NCBI GenBank assembly: GCA_016720805.1
Contig: JADKJZ010000014.1
Coordinates: 1,053,162 to 1,117,161 of the forward strand
Length of the DNA stretch: 64,000 nucleotides
From: Gemmatimonadota bacterium
GTDB taxonomy: Bacteria; Gemmatimonadota; Gemmatimonadetes; Gemmatimonadales; GWC2-71-9
Direction: 5' to 3'
Under the pieces are notes generated by a model that saw only the letters and a list, made by a program, of their open reading frames with translations, did not search any database and was not told where the DNA came from. Both the position numbers and the translations under genes were made by a program. Shown here piece by piece: positions 44,471 through 52,646 of this stretch (the first letter of the stretch is position 1; each line of letters opens with the position of its first letter).

Positions 44471-46249
44471 GTGGCTACCCTCCCCGCCATCGTCGTGGCC
44501 CTGGTGGCCGGTGGCGCAATGGCGTGGTGGAGCTACCGAGGTCGCACGGCGCAGCCGCTCGCCATGGCGGCGGCGGTTTGCCGGACACTCGGCGCCGCAC
44601 TCCTGGTCCTCCTCCTCCTCAATCCGACACTCTCCTCCCGGCTGCTCACGCAGCGTCCGCTGATCCTGCTCGACCATTCCGTCTCGATGCTCGCGCAGCG
44701 CGGCCAGGGCTCGGCGGCTCGCGCGGCGGCGGCCGCGCTGGGCGACACCGTCGCCTTCGGCGACCTCGCGCCTGGTGAAGCGGGTGGGCGCAGCATGCTT
44801 GGGGCGGCATTGCCCGCGGCACTCGCCAGCGGCCGGCCGGTCACGGTCGTGACCGATGGCGAAATCGGTGACGCCGACGCGCTGCCGACCGAGCTGCTTG
44901 CGACGACCACGGTGCGCCTCTTTCCGCGCGGCCCTGGGGATGACGTGGCGCTGGTCGAGGTTCGTGGTCCCGAACGGTTGGCTGCAGGCGATTCGCTGCA
45001 TCTGCGGGTCGAAGCGCGGCGAGTGGGCGCGGCACCCGACAGCACGCGGATCGAGATTCGCGACGGTGCCCAACTGCTGCAGGCCGCGACGATCAGGCTG
45101 GGCAGTACCGGGCGCGGCGTCGTGGACCTTGCGATGGCCATGCCGTCGGCGAGTGTCGGGCTGCGGTGGCTGGAGATCCGTCGCGTCGGTGCCGCCGATG
45201 CGGAAGCCGGGGACGATCTTCGTTGGTGGGCGGTCCGCGTGACCCCGTCACCGGGGGTGGTGGTGTTGGCGAGTGCACCGGACTGGGACGGACGTTTCCT
45301 GTATCGCGCACTCCGCGATGTCACCGAGGCCCCCGTCCGTGGTTACGCCCAGTTGCAGCCGGGGCAGTGGCGCCGGATGGACGATCTCCGTCGTGTGCCG
45401 GCCGCCGAGGTGCAGGCGGCGGCACGAGCCGCCGATCTGCTCGCCGTGCGCGGTGAGGTCGAACCTTGGCGTCGCAGCGGCCGCGCACGGCTCCTCTGGC
45501 CCGTCGCGGCGATGGCGGGAGACTGGTACCTCGCGCCGAGCGCCTCCTCACCGGTCGCGGGCGGCTTTGCCGGGGGCGATGCCGATTCGTTGCCGCCTGC
45601 CGTCGCCGTGACGCCCCTCGGCGCCGAGGCGACCTCGGCATGGGTCGGCGCCACCGCGCGACTCGCGCGGCGCGGGAGCGATGTCCCCGTGATCGGCGGA
45701 CAGCAGGGGCGGGACGGCCGCACCGTCACCTTCGGCGCGGACGGCCTCTTCCGATGGGGCTTTCGGGGTGGGGTGTCCGAGCAGGTGTGGCGCGCCCTCG
45801 TGGCCGATGCGGCGGCGTGGTTGCTGGCAACGCCCGATTCGGCGAGCGCAGCCATCCGGCCGATCGCCCTGGTGACGCCGCGGGGGCGGGCGGTCCGGTT
45901 TCGCTGGGTTGGCAGTCGGGCGCCGGAACCCGTCGCCATCACCCTCCGCGACTCGGCGCGAACTCGAGTCGACACCCTGCGCTTCGACGCCGGCGGAGAG
46001 GCCTCCATTCCGTTGCCGGTTGGTCGCTATCGCTACCTCGTGGCCGATGGCGGTGGTAGCGGGGACTTCGGCGTGGAGCCCTACGCCGACGAACTGGTCC
46101 CGACCCCGGTGACCCTCACGGAGCGGCGGGCGACGGTCGCGACGGCCTCGACCGGGCGTGGTGCTCGCGAATGGCCCGCGCTGTTCCTGCTGATCGTCCT
46201 CGCCTTCGGGGCGGAGTGGCTCCTCCGCCGCCGACTCGGCATGCGCTAG
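44471..46249 (+). CDS. Large membrane protein of unknown function (N-terminal double-TM, C-terminal TM)
   Basis: Two N-terminal hydrophobic helices (LPAIVVALVAGGAMAWW; AAVCRTLGAALLVLLLL), a long Ala/Arg/Gly-rich soluble part, and a terminal helix (WPALFLLIVLAFGAEWLL). Resembles BatA-type N-terminal double-TM anchors, but no catalytic motif is seen. Confidence 0.45.
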   Translation: MATLPAIVVALVAGGAMAWWSYRGRTAQPLAMAAAVCRTLGAALLVLLLLNPTLSSRLLTQRPLILLDHSVSMLAQRGQGSAARAAAAALGDTVAFGDLAPGEAGGRSMLGAALPAALASGRPVTVVTDGEIGDADALPTELLATTTVRLFPRGPGDDVALVEVRGPERLAAGDSLHLRVEARRVGAAPDSTRIEIRDGAQLLQAATIRLGSTGRGVVDLAMAMPSASVGLRWLEIRRVGAADAEAGDDLRWWAVRVTPSPGVVVLASAPDWDGRFLYRALRDVTEAPVRGYAQLQPGQWRRMDDLRRVPAAEVQAAARAADLLAVRGEVEPWRRSGRARLLWPVAAMAGDWYLAPSASSPVAGGFAGGDADSLPPAVAVTPLGAEATSAWVGATARLARRGSDVPVIGGQQGRDGRTVTFGADGLFRWGFRGGVSEQVWRALVADAAAWLLATPDSASAAIRPIALVTPRGRAVRFRWVGSRAPEPVAITLRDSARTRVDTLRFDAGGEASIPLPVGRYRYLVADGGGSGDFGVEPYADELVPTPVTLTERRATVATASTGRGAREWPALFLLIVLAFGAEWLLRRRLGMR

Positions 46250-46276
46250 GATTCGGCATCACATGTTCAGGATGAA

Positions 46277-47188
46277 ATGATGGCACGACTCGGGGAAAAA
46301 CTCGGACTCTGGCAACGGATCAAGCGGCTGGCGCTCACGGACGTGGGGGCGCTCGCACGCGGCCTCAATGCCGACGATCTCGAACAGATGGAGCGCGTGC
46401 TGATCGAGGCCGATTTCGGCGTGCCCGCCACGCTCGACCTGGTTGCCTTCCTCGAGGGCGAGGTGCGCAAGGGGAAGTTGAAGACCGATGTGCAGTTGCG
46501 CGACGCCGTCGTGACGCAATTGGGCGCAATGCTTGCCGGTCCGTCGGACCCCGCGAGGCTTGAGTCTCCCGCGAGCGGTCCGACTGTCGTCCTCGTGGTC
46601 GGCGTGAATGGCGTGGGGAAGACCACCTCGGTCGCGAAGCTCGCGCGCCGGCTTCAGCAGGAGGGAAAGAAGGTGCTCCTCGGCGCGGCAGACACGTATC
46701 GCGCCGGCGCCGTCGCGCAGCTTGAGACCTGGGCCGCACGACTCGGCATCGAATGCGTCTCGGGCGCGTCGGGGGGCGACCCGGCGGCGGTGGCGTACGA
46801 TGCGGTCGAGGCGGCGATTGCCCGGAATGTCGACGTGGTGGTGATCGACACCGCGGGGCGTCTGCACACGCAGGACGGCCTGATGGCAGAGCTCAGCAAG
46901 GTGGTGCGTGTCGTGGCGAAGAAGCTGCCCGGCGCGCCGCACGAAGTCTTTCTGGTGCTCGATGGCACCGTCGGCCAGAATGCGGTGCAGCAGGGGAAAC
47001 TCTTCGGCAAGGTGGTGTCGCCGACCGGACTGGTGATCACCAAGCTCGATGGCACTGCCCGCGGCGGCGCGATCGTGGCACTTCGTCGGGAGCTCAACGT
47101 ACCGATCCGCTTCGTCGGGACCGGCGAGACGGTGGATGACTTCGCGCCGTTCGATCCGCGGGCCTGGGCGGAGACGCTCTTTGACTGA
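46277..47188 (+). CDS. ftsY: Signal-recognition-particle receptor FtsY (short form)
   Basis: 'VGVNGVGKTTSVAKLA', 'DTAGRLH', 'VITKLDGTARGG'. Confidence 0.9.
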   Translation: MMARLGEKLGLWQRIKRLALTDVGALARGLNADDLEQMERVLIEADFGVPATLDLVAFLEGEVRKGKLKTDVQLRDAVVTQLGAMLAGPSDPARLESPASGPTVVLVVGVNGVGKTTSVAKLARRLQQEGKKVLLGAADTYRAGAVAQLETWAARLGIECVSGASGGDPAAVAYDAVEAAIARNVDVVVIDTAGRLHTQDGLMAELSKVVRVVAKKLPGAPHEVFLVLDGTVGQNAVQQGKLFGKVVSPTGLVITKLDGTARGGAIVALRRELNVPIRFVGTGETVDDFAPFDPRAWAETLFD

Positions 47189-47231
47189 GGCACGCCCAAC
47201 GCCGTGGCGCGCCCCATCGGCCGTCCTCGCC

Positions 47232-47669
47232 ATGCTCGTGGCGGGGACGGCCGCGGTCTTGGTGGGCTATGGGGCGGCGTGGCTGCCAGGCGGCGCGCCA
47301 CCGTGGGCCAGTTGGGCGATGGTCATCGGCATGGCGCTGCTGTTGCCGGGCACGCTCTTGCTGGGCGCACTGCGACGTGGTCGGAACAGCGTTCGCCTGG
47401 TGCTGATCGCGCTGGCACTCGGCCTCCTGCTGGTCGTGGCGTTCGGCGCGGCGTTGCTGCTGCCGGCCGCTGGTGCGGAAGAGGCCCTGTTCCTCGGCCT
47501 GCCGCGGCGCGCGGCGATCATCGTCTACGGCGTCGGGCTCGTGCCGCTCCTCTTCCTGCCGTGGGCGTTCGCGCGTGACTTCCGTGACTTCGGACTCGAT
47601 GAGGCCCGCCTGGACGCGCTCCGGCGCGAGTGTGCGCGGGTCGGCCCGCCTCGGGAGCCGCGACCATGA
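47232..47669 (+). CDS. Small polytopic membrane protein coupled to the symporter
   Basis: 3-4 hydrophobic helices. Its stop overlaps the symporter ATG (ATGA at 47666). Start uncertain: ATG 47232 or in-frame TTG 47181. Confidence 0.4.
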   Translation: MLVAGTAAVLVGYGAAWLPGGAPPWASWAMVIGMALLLPGTLLLGALRRGRNSVRLVLIALALGLLLVVAFGAALLLPAAGAEEALFLGLPRRAAIIVYGVGLVPLLFLPWAFARDFRDFGLDEARLDALRRECARVGPPREPRP

Positions 47670-49123
47670 TCGTCGCCGTGGCGATCGGCTACCTCGCGCT
47701 CTGTCTGCTGATCGGGGCGTGGGCCGCGCGCCGCACGCACTCGGCGCAGGACTTCTTCGTCGCTGGCGCGGGGATCGGGCTGTGGCCGTTGGCGATCGCA
47801 TCGATGGCGGCCACACTGTCGGGCTTCGCGTTCATTGGCGGTCCCGGCTTGCTCTACAGCGTGGGTACCGGTGCGCTCTTCATTGTGCTGCCTGCCGGCA
47901 TCACCGGGGCACTGAGTGCCTGGCTGCTGGGGAGTCGGATGCGCCTGCTGGGCGAAGTGCGGGGCCTGATGACCGTCCCCGACGCGATCGGCGTGCGGTA
48001 CCGGTCGCGGGCCGCGCAGGGGCTCTCGGCGCTCGCCATCCTGGTGGCGACGATCGGATACCTTGCGACCAACCTGCTCGCGCTCGGCCTGATCATCGAC
48101 GCGATCTTCCACACGGGGCTCCCGCTGGGGATCGTGATCGGCGCGGTGGTGGTGGTGGCCTACTCGGCCGCCGGAGGCATCCTCGCCGGCATCTACACCG
48201 ATCTGGTGCAGGGGGCCATCATGGCGCTCGCCTCGATGCTGGTCTTCGGCGCGGCGATGACCAGCGGTGGGGGGCTCGGCGGCATCTCGCGGACCATCCT
48301 GGCGCATGAGCCGATGCTGCTCGGGCCGTGGGGGAAATTCACCCCGCTGGCGGCGCTCTCCTTCTTCTTCGTATTCGCCCTGGGCACGCTGGGCCAGCCG
48401 CACGTGATCCACAAGTACTACATGCTGCGCGATCCTCGTCGGTTGCGGTGGTACCCGTTGCTGATGACCGGGGCGATGGTGGTGACGCTGCTGCTCTACT
48501 TTGGCGTGGGTGTCGCGATCAAGGCCGCGGTCCTGCGGGGTGACGTCCCGCCGCTGGCGAGGGGGGATGACGCCACCCCGACCTTCCTGCTGCGCTACAC
48601 GGCCCCCTGGCTCGCGGGGCTCGTCTTCAGCGGCGTCGCCGCTGCGATCATGAGTACCGTCAATTCCTTCTTCAGCGTCGGCGCGGCCGCGATCACGCAC
48701 GATCTTCCCGTGGCATTCGGACGTCGCGCCACAAACGAGTTGCGAGGTGGCCGGATGGCGACGCTCGCGTTGGCGGTCCTCGCGACATTGCTTGCCCTCG
48801 GCAGCGGCCAGGCCGTGGCCCTCCTCGGCGTCTTCGGCTGGGGGCTCTTTGCCTCGACCCTCGTACCGGCACTCGCCATCGGACTGAACTGGCCAGGAGC
48901 CACCCGGAAGGGGGCCCTCGCCTCGATCGGCGTCGGTCTGGTGACCACCCTCCTCTTCGAGACCCTCGCCTGGGCCAAGGCCTACACCTTCCCGGCCGGC
49001 GTCACGGTCTCGGGACTCTCCCTGATCCTGGCGATGGCCACCTTCTTCGCGGTGTCGTGGCTGACGCGCGACGAGGCGGAGGGAGATCTCGATGCGGACG
49101 TGCGGGTGATCATCGAAAGCTGA
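47666..49123 (+). CDS. Sodium:solute symporter (SSS) family transporter
   Basis: About 13 hydrophobic segments. The N-terminal 'FFVAGAGIGLWPLAIASMAATLSGFAFIGGPG' is typical of the SSS family. Confidence 0.85.
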   Translation: MIVAVAIGYLALCLLIGAWAARRTHSAQDFFVAGAGIGLWPLAIASMAATLSGFAFIGGPGLLYSVGTGALFIVLPAGITGALSAWLLGSRMRLLGEVRGLMTVPDAIGVRYRSRAAQGLSALAILVATIGYLATNLLALGLIIDAIFHTGLPLGIVIGAVVVVAYSAAGGILAGIYTDLVQGAIMALASMLVFGAAMTSGGGLGGISRTILAHEPMLLGPWGKFTPLAALSFFFVFALGTLGQPHVIHKYYMLRDPRRLRWYPLLMTGAMVVTLLLYFGVGVAIKAAVLRGDVPPLARGDDATPTFLLRYTAPWLAGLVFSGVAAAIMSTVNSFFSVGAAAITHDLPVAFGRRATNELRGGRMATLALAVLATLLALGSGQAVALLGVFGWGLFASTLVPALAIGLNWPGATRKGALASIGVGLVTTLLFETLAWAKAYTFPAGVTVSGLSLILAMATFFAVSWLTRDEAEGDLDADVRVIIES

Positions 49124-49133
49124 AGGGTCGTTA

Positions 49134-49170
49134 CGATGATCGATCATCGATCATCGATCATCGATCGTCG
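49134..49170. repeat. Heptamer-palindrome element (GATGATC)(GATCATC)n
   Basis: cgatgatcga-tca-tcgatcatcg (49134-49156) forms a 10-bp stem with a 3-nt loop, followed by further GATCATC units. Lies between the symporter stop and the recG start. Confidence 0.85.
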
Positions 49171-49191
49171 AATCTCTCTTATCTTGGTCTC

Positions 49192-51255
49192 ATGGCCCAA
49201 CTCCGCCTCGACACTCCCATCCAGTTCCTGAAAGGCATCGGCGAGAAGCGCGCCGACGCCTTCGCGCGGCTGGGCGTGGTGTCGGTGCACGACCTGCTGC
49301 ACCACCTGCCGCATCGCTACATCGACGCCTCGACCACCACGCCGCTCGCGCAGGCGCGTGTCGGCGATGATGTGGCGTGCATCGGTACGGTCGTCAGCAA
49401 GGGGGTGCTGCCGACGCGGAAGGGGCTGCGGGTCTTCCATGCCGTGCTCAAGGATGCGAGCGGGTTGCTGGAGTGTGCCTGGCCCGGGCAGGCGTTCCTC
49501 GACCGGACGCTGGCCGTGGGGCAGTTGATCCTCGTGGCAGGCCCGATCCGCTTCTATCACGGCCGGCAGATGGCACCGCGCGAGCTGGTGATTCTCGGCG
49601 ACGCCGACGATCCGGCTGCCGCGGGGCGGATCCTCCCGGTCTATCCCGCCACCGAGGGGCTCTCGCACAAGCAGATCCGCGCGCTGATGGAGACGCACCT
49701 CGACACCCTCTCGCCGTTGGTGCCGGACGTCCTCGACCCGACGCTGCGCGACCGCTTTGCGTTGCCGTCATTGGCGGATGCACTGCGGGCTGTGCACCGC
49801 CCGACGACGATGGCGGAGGCGGAGTCGGGACGGCGCCGGTTGGCACTGGACGAACTGCTCGACCTGCAGCTCATGTTGGCGCGCGCTCGTCACGTGGCGC
49901 GCCATGGGCAGCGCGGCCAGACCTTCACGCTGCACAAGACCTTCACGTCACAGCTGCGCGAGGCGCTGCCGTGGCCGCTCACCGGCGACCAGAAGAAGGC
50001 GATCCGCGAGATCTTCGAGGACATGACGCACGAGGAGCGGATGCACCGCCTCGTGATGGGCGATGTCGGCACCGGGAAGACGGTGGTGGCGCTCTTCGCA
50101 ATGCTGCTGGCGCTGGAGAACGACTGCCAGGCCGCCCTGATGGCGCCGACGGAACTGCTCGCCGAGCAACACCACCGGACGCTCACGACGCTGCTCGCCC
50201 CGCTTGGGCTCGTGCCGGAGCTGCTGCTCGGGCGACTGACCGCAGCCGAGAAGAAGGCGGCGCACGCCCGGCTGCGCACCGGTGCCACGAAGCTGGTTGT
50301 CGGGACGCATGCACTCGTGCAGGAGTCGGTGGCCTTCCAGCGCCTCGGCCTGGTGGTGATCGACGAACAGCACCGCTTCGGGGTGGAGCAACGCGCTGCG
50401 CTGATGGGGAAGGGGGAGGCACCCGACGTGCTGCTGTTGACCGCCACGCCTATCCCGCGCTCGTTGGCACTGACGCGCTACGGCGACCTCGATGCCTCGC
50501 TGCTCAAGGAGCGGCCGCCTGGGCGCGGCACCATCCGCACCGCCGTCCGCACGCCGTCGCAACGTCGGCGGGTCTTCGAGTTCCTGCGCGAGACGGCACT
50601 CAAGGGCGGGCAGGTCTACATCGTCCTGCCGGTGATCGAGGAGTCGGAGAAGGCCGACCTGCGCGCGGCGCAGACGATGGCGACCTCGCTCACGGCGCAG
50701 TGGCCGGATGTGACGGTCGGACTGGTGCATGGCCGGCTCAAGGCACCAGAGCGTGATCAGGTCATGCGCGACTTCCGCGACGGCAAGATCGGCGTGCTGG
50801 TCGCCACCACGGTGATCGAGGTCGGGATCGACGTCGCGAATGCGACGGTCATGGTCATCGAGCATCCGGAGCGCTTCGGGCTGGCGCAGTTGCACCAGCT
50901 CCGCGGCCGCGTCGGACGGGGGAGCGGCGACTCGCACAGCATCCTGCTCACCGTCGGCGAGGACGTCCCGGAGCGGCTCCGGGCGTTCTCGAAGACCGAC
51001 GACGGCTTCGCGATCGCCGAGCTCGACTTGCAGGAGCGCCGGCAAGGCGACCTGCTCGGCGCCCGGCAGTCCGGCGGCGTCGACTTCAAGGTGGCCCGCT
51101 TCCCGGACGACACCGACCTGCTCACCGAGGCGCGCGCCCTCGCGCGCACGATTCTCGACGCCGACCCGACCCTGGACCGCCGCGAGCATCAGGCGCTGAA
51201 GGATCGGGTGGTGACGCGGTATCCGAGGGGGGAGACGTTGTTTAGGGTGGGATGA
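49192..51255 (+). CDS. recG: ATP-dependent DNA helicase RecG
   Basis: Wedge-domain N-terminus, 'MGDVGTGKTVVA', 'DEQHRFGV', 'TATPIPRS', 'QLHQLRGRVGRG'. Confidence 0.9.
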   Translation: MAQLRLDTPIQFLKGIGEKRADAFARLGVVSVHDLLHHLPHRYIDASTTTPLAQARVGDDVACIGTVVSKGVLPTRKGLRVFHAVLKDASGLLECAWPGQAFLDRTLAVGQLILVAGPIRFYHGRQMAPRELVILGDADDPAAAGRILPVYPATEGLSHKQIRALMETHLDTLSPLVPDVLDPTLRDRFALPSLADALRAVHRPTTMAEAESGRRRLALDELLDLQLMLARARHVARHGQRGQTFTLHKTFTSQLREALPWPLTGDQKKAIREIFEDMTHEERMHRLVMGDVGTGKTVVALFAMLLALENDCQAALMAPTELLAEQHHRTLTTLLAPLGLVPELLLGRLTAAEKKAAHARLRTGATKLVVGTHALVQESVAFQRLGLVVIDEQHRFGVEQRAALMGKGEAPDVLLLTATPIPRSLALTRYGDLDASLLKERPPGRGTIRTAVRTPSQRRRVFEFLRETALKGGQVYIVLPVIEESEKADLRAAQTMATSLTAQWPDVTVGLVHGRLKAPERDQVMRDFRDGKIGVLVATTVIEVGIDVANATVMVIEHPERFGLAQLHQLRGRVGRGSGDSHSILLTVGEDVPERLRAFSKTDDGFAIAELDLQERRQGDLLGARQSGGVDFKVARFPDDTDLLTEARALARTILDADPTLDRREHQALKDRVVTRYPRGETLFRVG

Positions 51256-51290
51256 TGGATGATGGATGATGGATGATGGATGATCGATGG
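51251..51290. repeat. Direct heptamer array (GATGATG)x4-GATGATC-GATGG
   Basis: Read directly. Begins inside the last recG codons and stop (tga 51253-51255). Confidence 0.9.
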
Positions 51291-51303
51291 CCTGTCTCGG
51301 AGT

Positions 51304-51350
51304 TGTCATCCTGAGCGTAATGGCCCGAAGGGCCGCGCAGTCGAAGGACC
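51304..51350. repeat. 47-bp GC-rich hairpin element, copy A (TGTCATCCTGAGCG...GCGCAGTCGAAGGACC)
   Basis: tgtcatcctgagcg-taatggcccgaagggcc-gcgcagtcgaaggacc, with an internal ggccc-gaa-gggcc hairpin. Its flanks match the reverse complement of 52497-52543. Confidence 0.8.
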
Positions 51351-51404
51351 TACGACCTACGACCTACGACGTACGACCCTAACAACCAACGACCAACGAC
51401 TAAC
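51349..51404. repeat. Heptamer arrays upstream of paralog 1: (CCTACGA)x3+CGTACGA, then four NACNAAC-like units
   Basis: cctacga cctacga cctacga cgtacga ccctaac aaccaac gaccaac gactaac, ending 8 nt before the GTG at 51413. Confidence 0.9.
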
Positions 51405-51412
51405 GGCTCTCC

Positions 51413-52441
51413 GTGTACTCCACCTGCCTCTTCTGCACCAAGGACCTCGGCACCAACGAGGTGATCGAGACGCTGCCCATCGGGCGGCGGCTCGCCTTTG
51501 ATGCGTCGCAGGGTCGGCTCTGGGTGGTGTGCCGGCACTGCGCCAAGTGGAACCTGGTGCCGTTCGAGTCGCGGCTCGAGAGCATCGACGCGTGCGAGCG
51601 ACTCTTCCGCGACACGCCGACGCGGTACTCGACCGACAACATCGGCTTGGCGCGGGTGAAGGAGGGCTTGGAGCTGGTGCGGATCGGGCCGGCGCAGCGG
51701 CCGGAGTTTGCGGGGTGGCGGTATGGGGACCAGTTCAGGCGACGGCGTCGGCGGAACCTCCTGATCGGTGTTGGCGGCGCGGCGTTAGTGGGTGGGGCAG
51801 TGTTGGCACCTGGCCTGTCTGGCGGCATGGGAGCGCTTGCAGCGGTGTTCGCCTATCAATGGGGCGACGTCGCATTCGCAGCACTCAGAGCTTCCCGAGG
51901 CCGGATGGCGGTCGTCGATCCTCGGAATGGCGTCCGCCAGACACTCTGGCGAACGGCGATGACGAGCGCGCGCGTCGCGTGGCGGGATAGCACGCCCGTG
52001 TTGCGCGTCATGCCCCTCCTCAGCCGGAAGCTCGAGTGGCACGGCGATGACGTCCCTCGCATCGGTCAACGGGTTATGGCCGGGGTCAACTTGCTCGACG
52101 GGGGCCGGAAGGCACTGGCGGCGGCGACCACAATACTGGGAGACCACCACGGCGATCTTTCGAGCTGGATGATGCTTCGGTCGAAGGAGCCGGGTTTCGT
52201 CGATCCGCGCACCGGGAGCTCCCCGGTCTTCGCCGCGAATCGTGCCGACTATTGGCAGGGATATGGCGAACCCATGCTCATCATCGGCAAGCTTCCCGAG
52301 GTCGAGCGGCTGGCCGTAGAGATGTACTTCGCCGAATCCGCCGAACGCAACTACCTCGAGGGTGAGCTCACACTTCTCGAGCGCGAATGGCGTCAGGCGG
52401 AGCAACTCGCGAAGATTGCCGATGGGCTGGCGCTGGAGTAG
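51413..52441 (+). CDS. Paralog 1: zinc-ribbon / membrane-hairpin protein of unknown function
   Basis: 342 aa. N-terminal CxxC-x31-CxxC (C5,C8,C40,C43) plus C61, 'RRRRRN', a Gly/Ala-rich hydrophobic stretch, a unique middle, and the conserved tail 'ERNYLEGELTLLEREWRQAEQLAKIADGLAL'. GTG start. Confidence 0.7.
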   Translation: MYSTCLFCTKDLGTNEVIETLPIGRRLAFDASQGRLWVVCRHCAKWNLVPFESRLESIDACERLFRDTPTRYSTDNIGLARVKEGLELVRIGPAQRPEFAGWRYGDQFRRRRRRNLLIGVGGAALVGGAVLAPGLSGGMGALAAVFAYQWGDVAFAALRASRGRMAVVDPRNGVRQTLWRTAMTSARVAWRDSTPVLRVMPLLSRKLEWHGDDVPRIGQRVMAGVNLLDGGRKALAAATTILGDHHGDLSSWMMLRSKEPGFVDPRTGSSPVFAANRADYWQGYGEPMLIIGKLPEVERLAVEMYFAESAERNYLEGELTLLEREWRQAEQLAKIADGLALE

Positions 52442-52469
52442 GCGAGAAGCGAGAAGCGAGAAGCGATAA
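52442..52469. repeat. Direct heptamer array (GCGAGAA)x3-GCGATAA
   Basis: Read directly. Begins immediately after the paralog-1 stop codon. Confidence 0.9.
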
Positions 52470-52476
52470 GGGCCAA

Positions 52477-52543
52477 GTGCATTCGCGAGCACGCAGGTCC
52501 TTCGACTGCGCAGCCCTGCGGGCTGCTTCGCTCAGGATGACAT
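52477..52543. repeat. 'GTGCATTCGCGAGCACGCAG' box + 47-bp GC-rich element, copy B (inverted relative to copy A)
   Basis: The reverse complement of 52497-52543 is atgtcatcctgagcg-aagcagcccgcagggct-gcgcagtcgaaggac. The 14- and 15-nt flanks are identical to copy A, with a different but still hairpin-forming core (cagccc-tgc-gggctg). Confidence 0.8.
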
Positions 52544-52547
52544 AACT

Positions 52548-52640
52548 CCTACGACCTACGACTTACGACCTACGACCTACGACCTACGACTTACGACCTA
52601 CGACGTACGACCCTAACGACCAACGACTAACGACTAACGA
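52548..52640. repeat. Expanded heptamer arrays upstream of paralog 2: 9 NNTACGA units, then four NACNAAC-like units
   Basis: cctacga x2, cttacga, cctacga x3, cttacga, cctacga, cgtacga; then ccctaac gaccaac gactaac gactaac. Same arrangement as upstream of paralog 1, but 9 units instead of 4. Confidence 0.9.
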
Positions 52641-52646
52641 CTCTCC

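Noticed and set aside
51251-52640. Possibility that the short repeat arrays are a CRISPR array
   Set aside because: The units are 7 bp and contiguous with no spacers. There is no ~25-40-bp repeat/spacer periodicity and there are no cas genes in the window.
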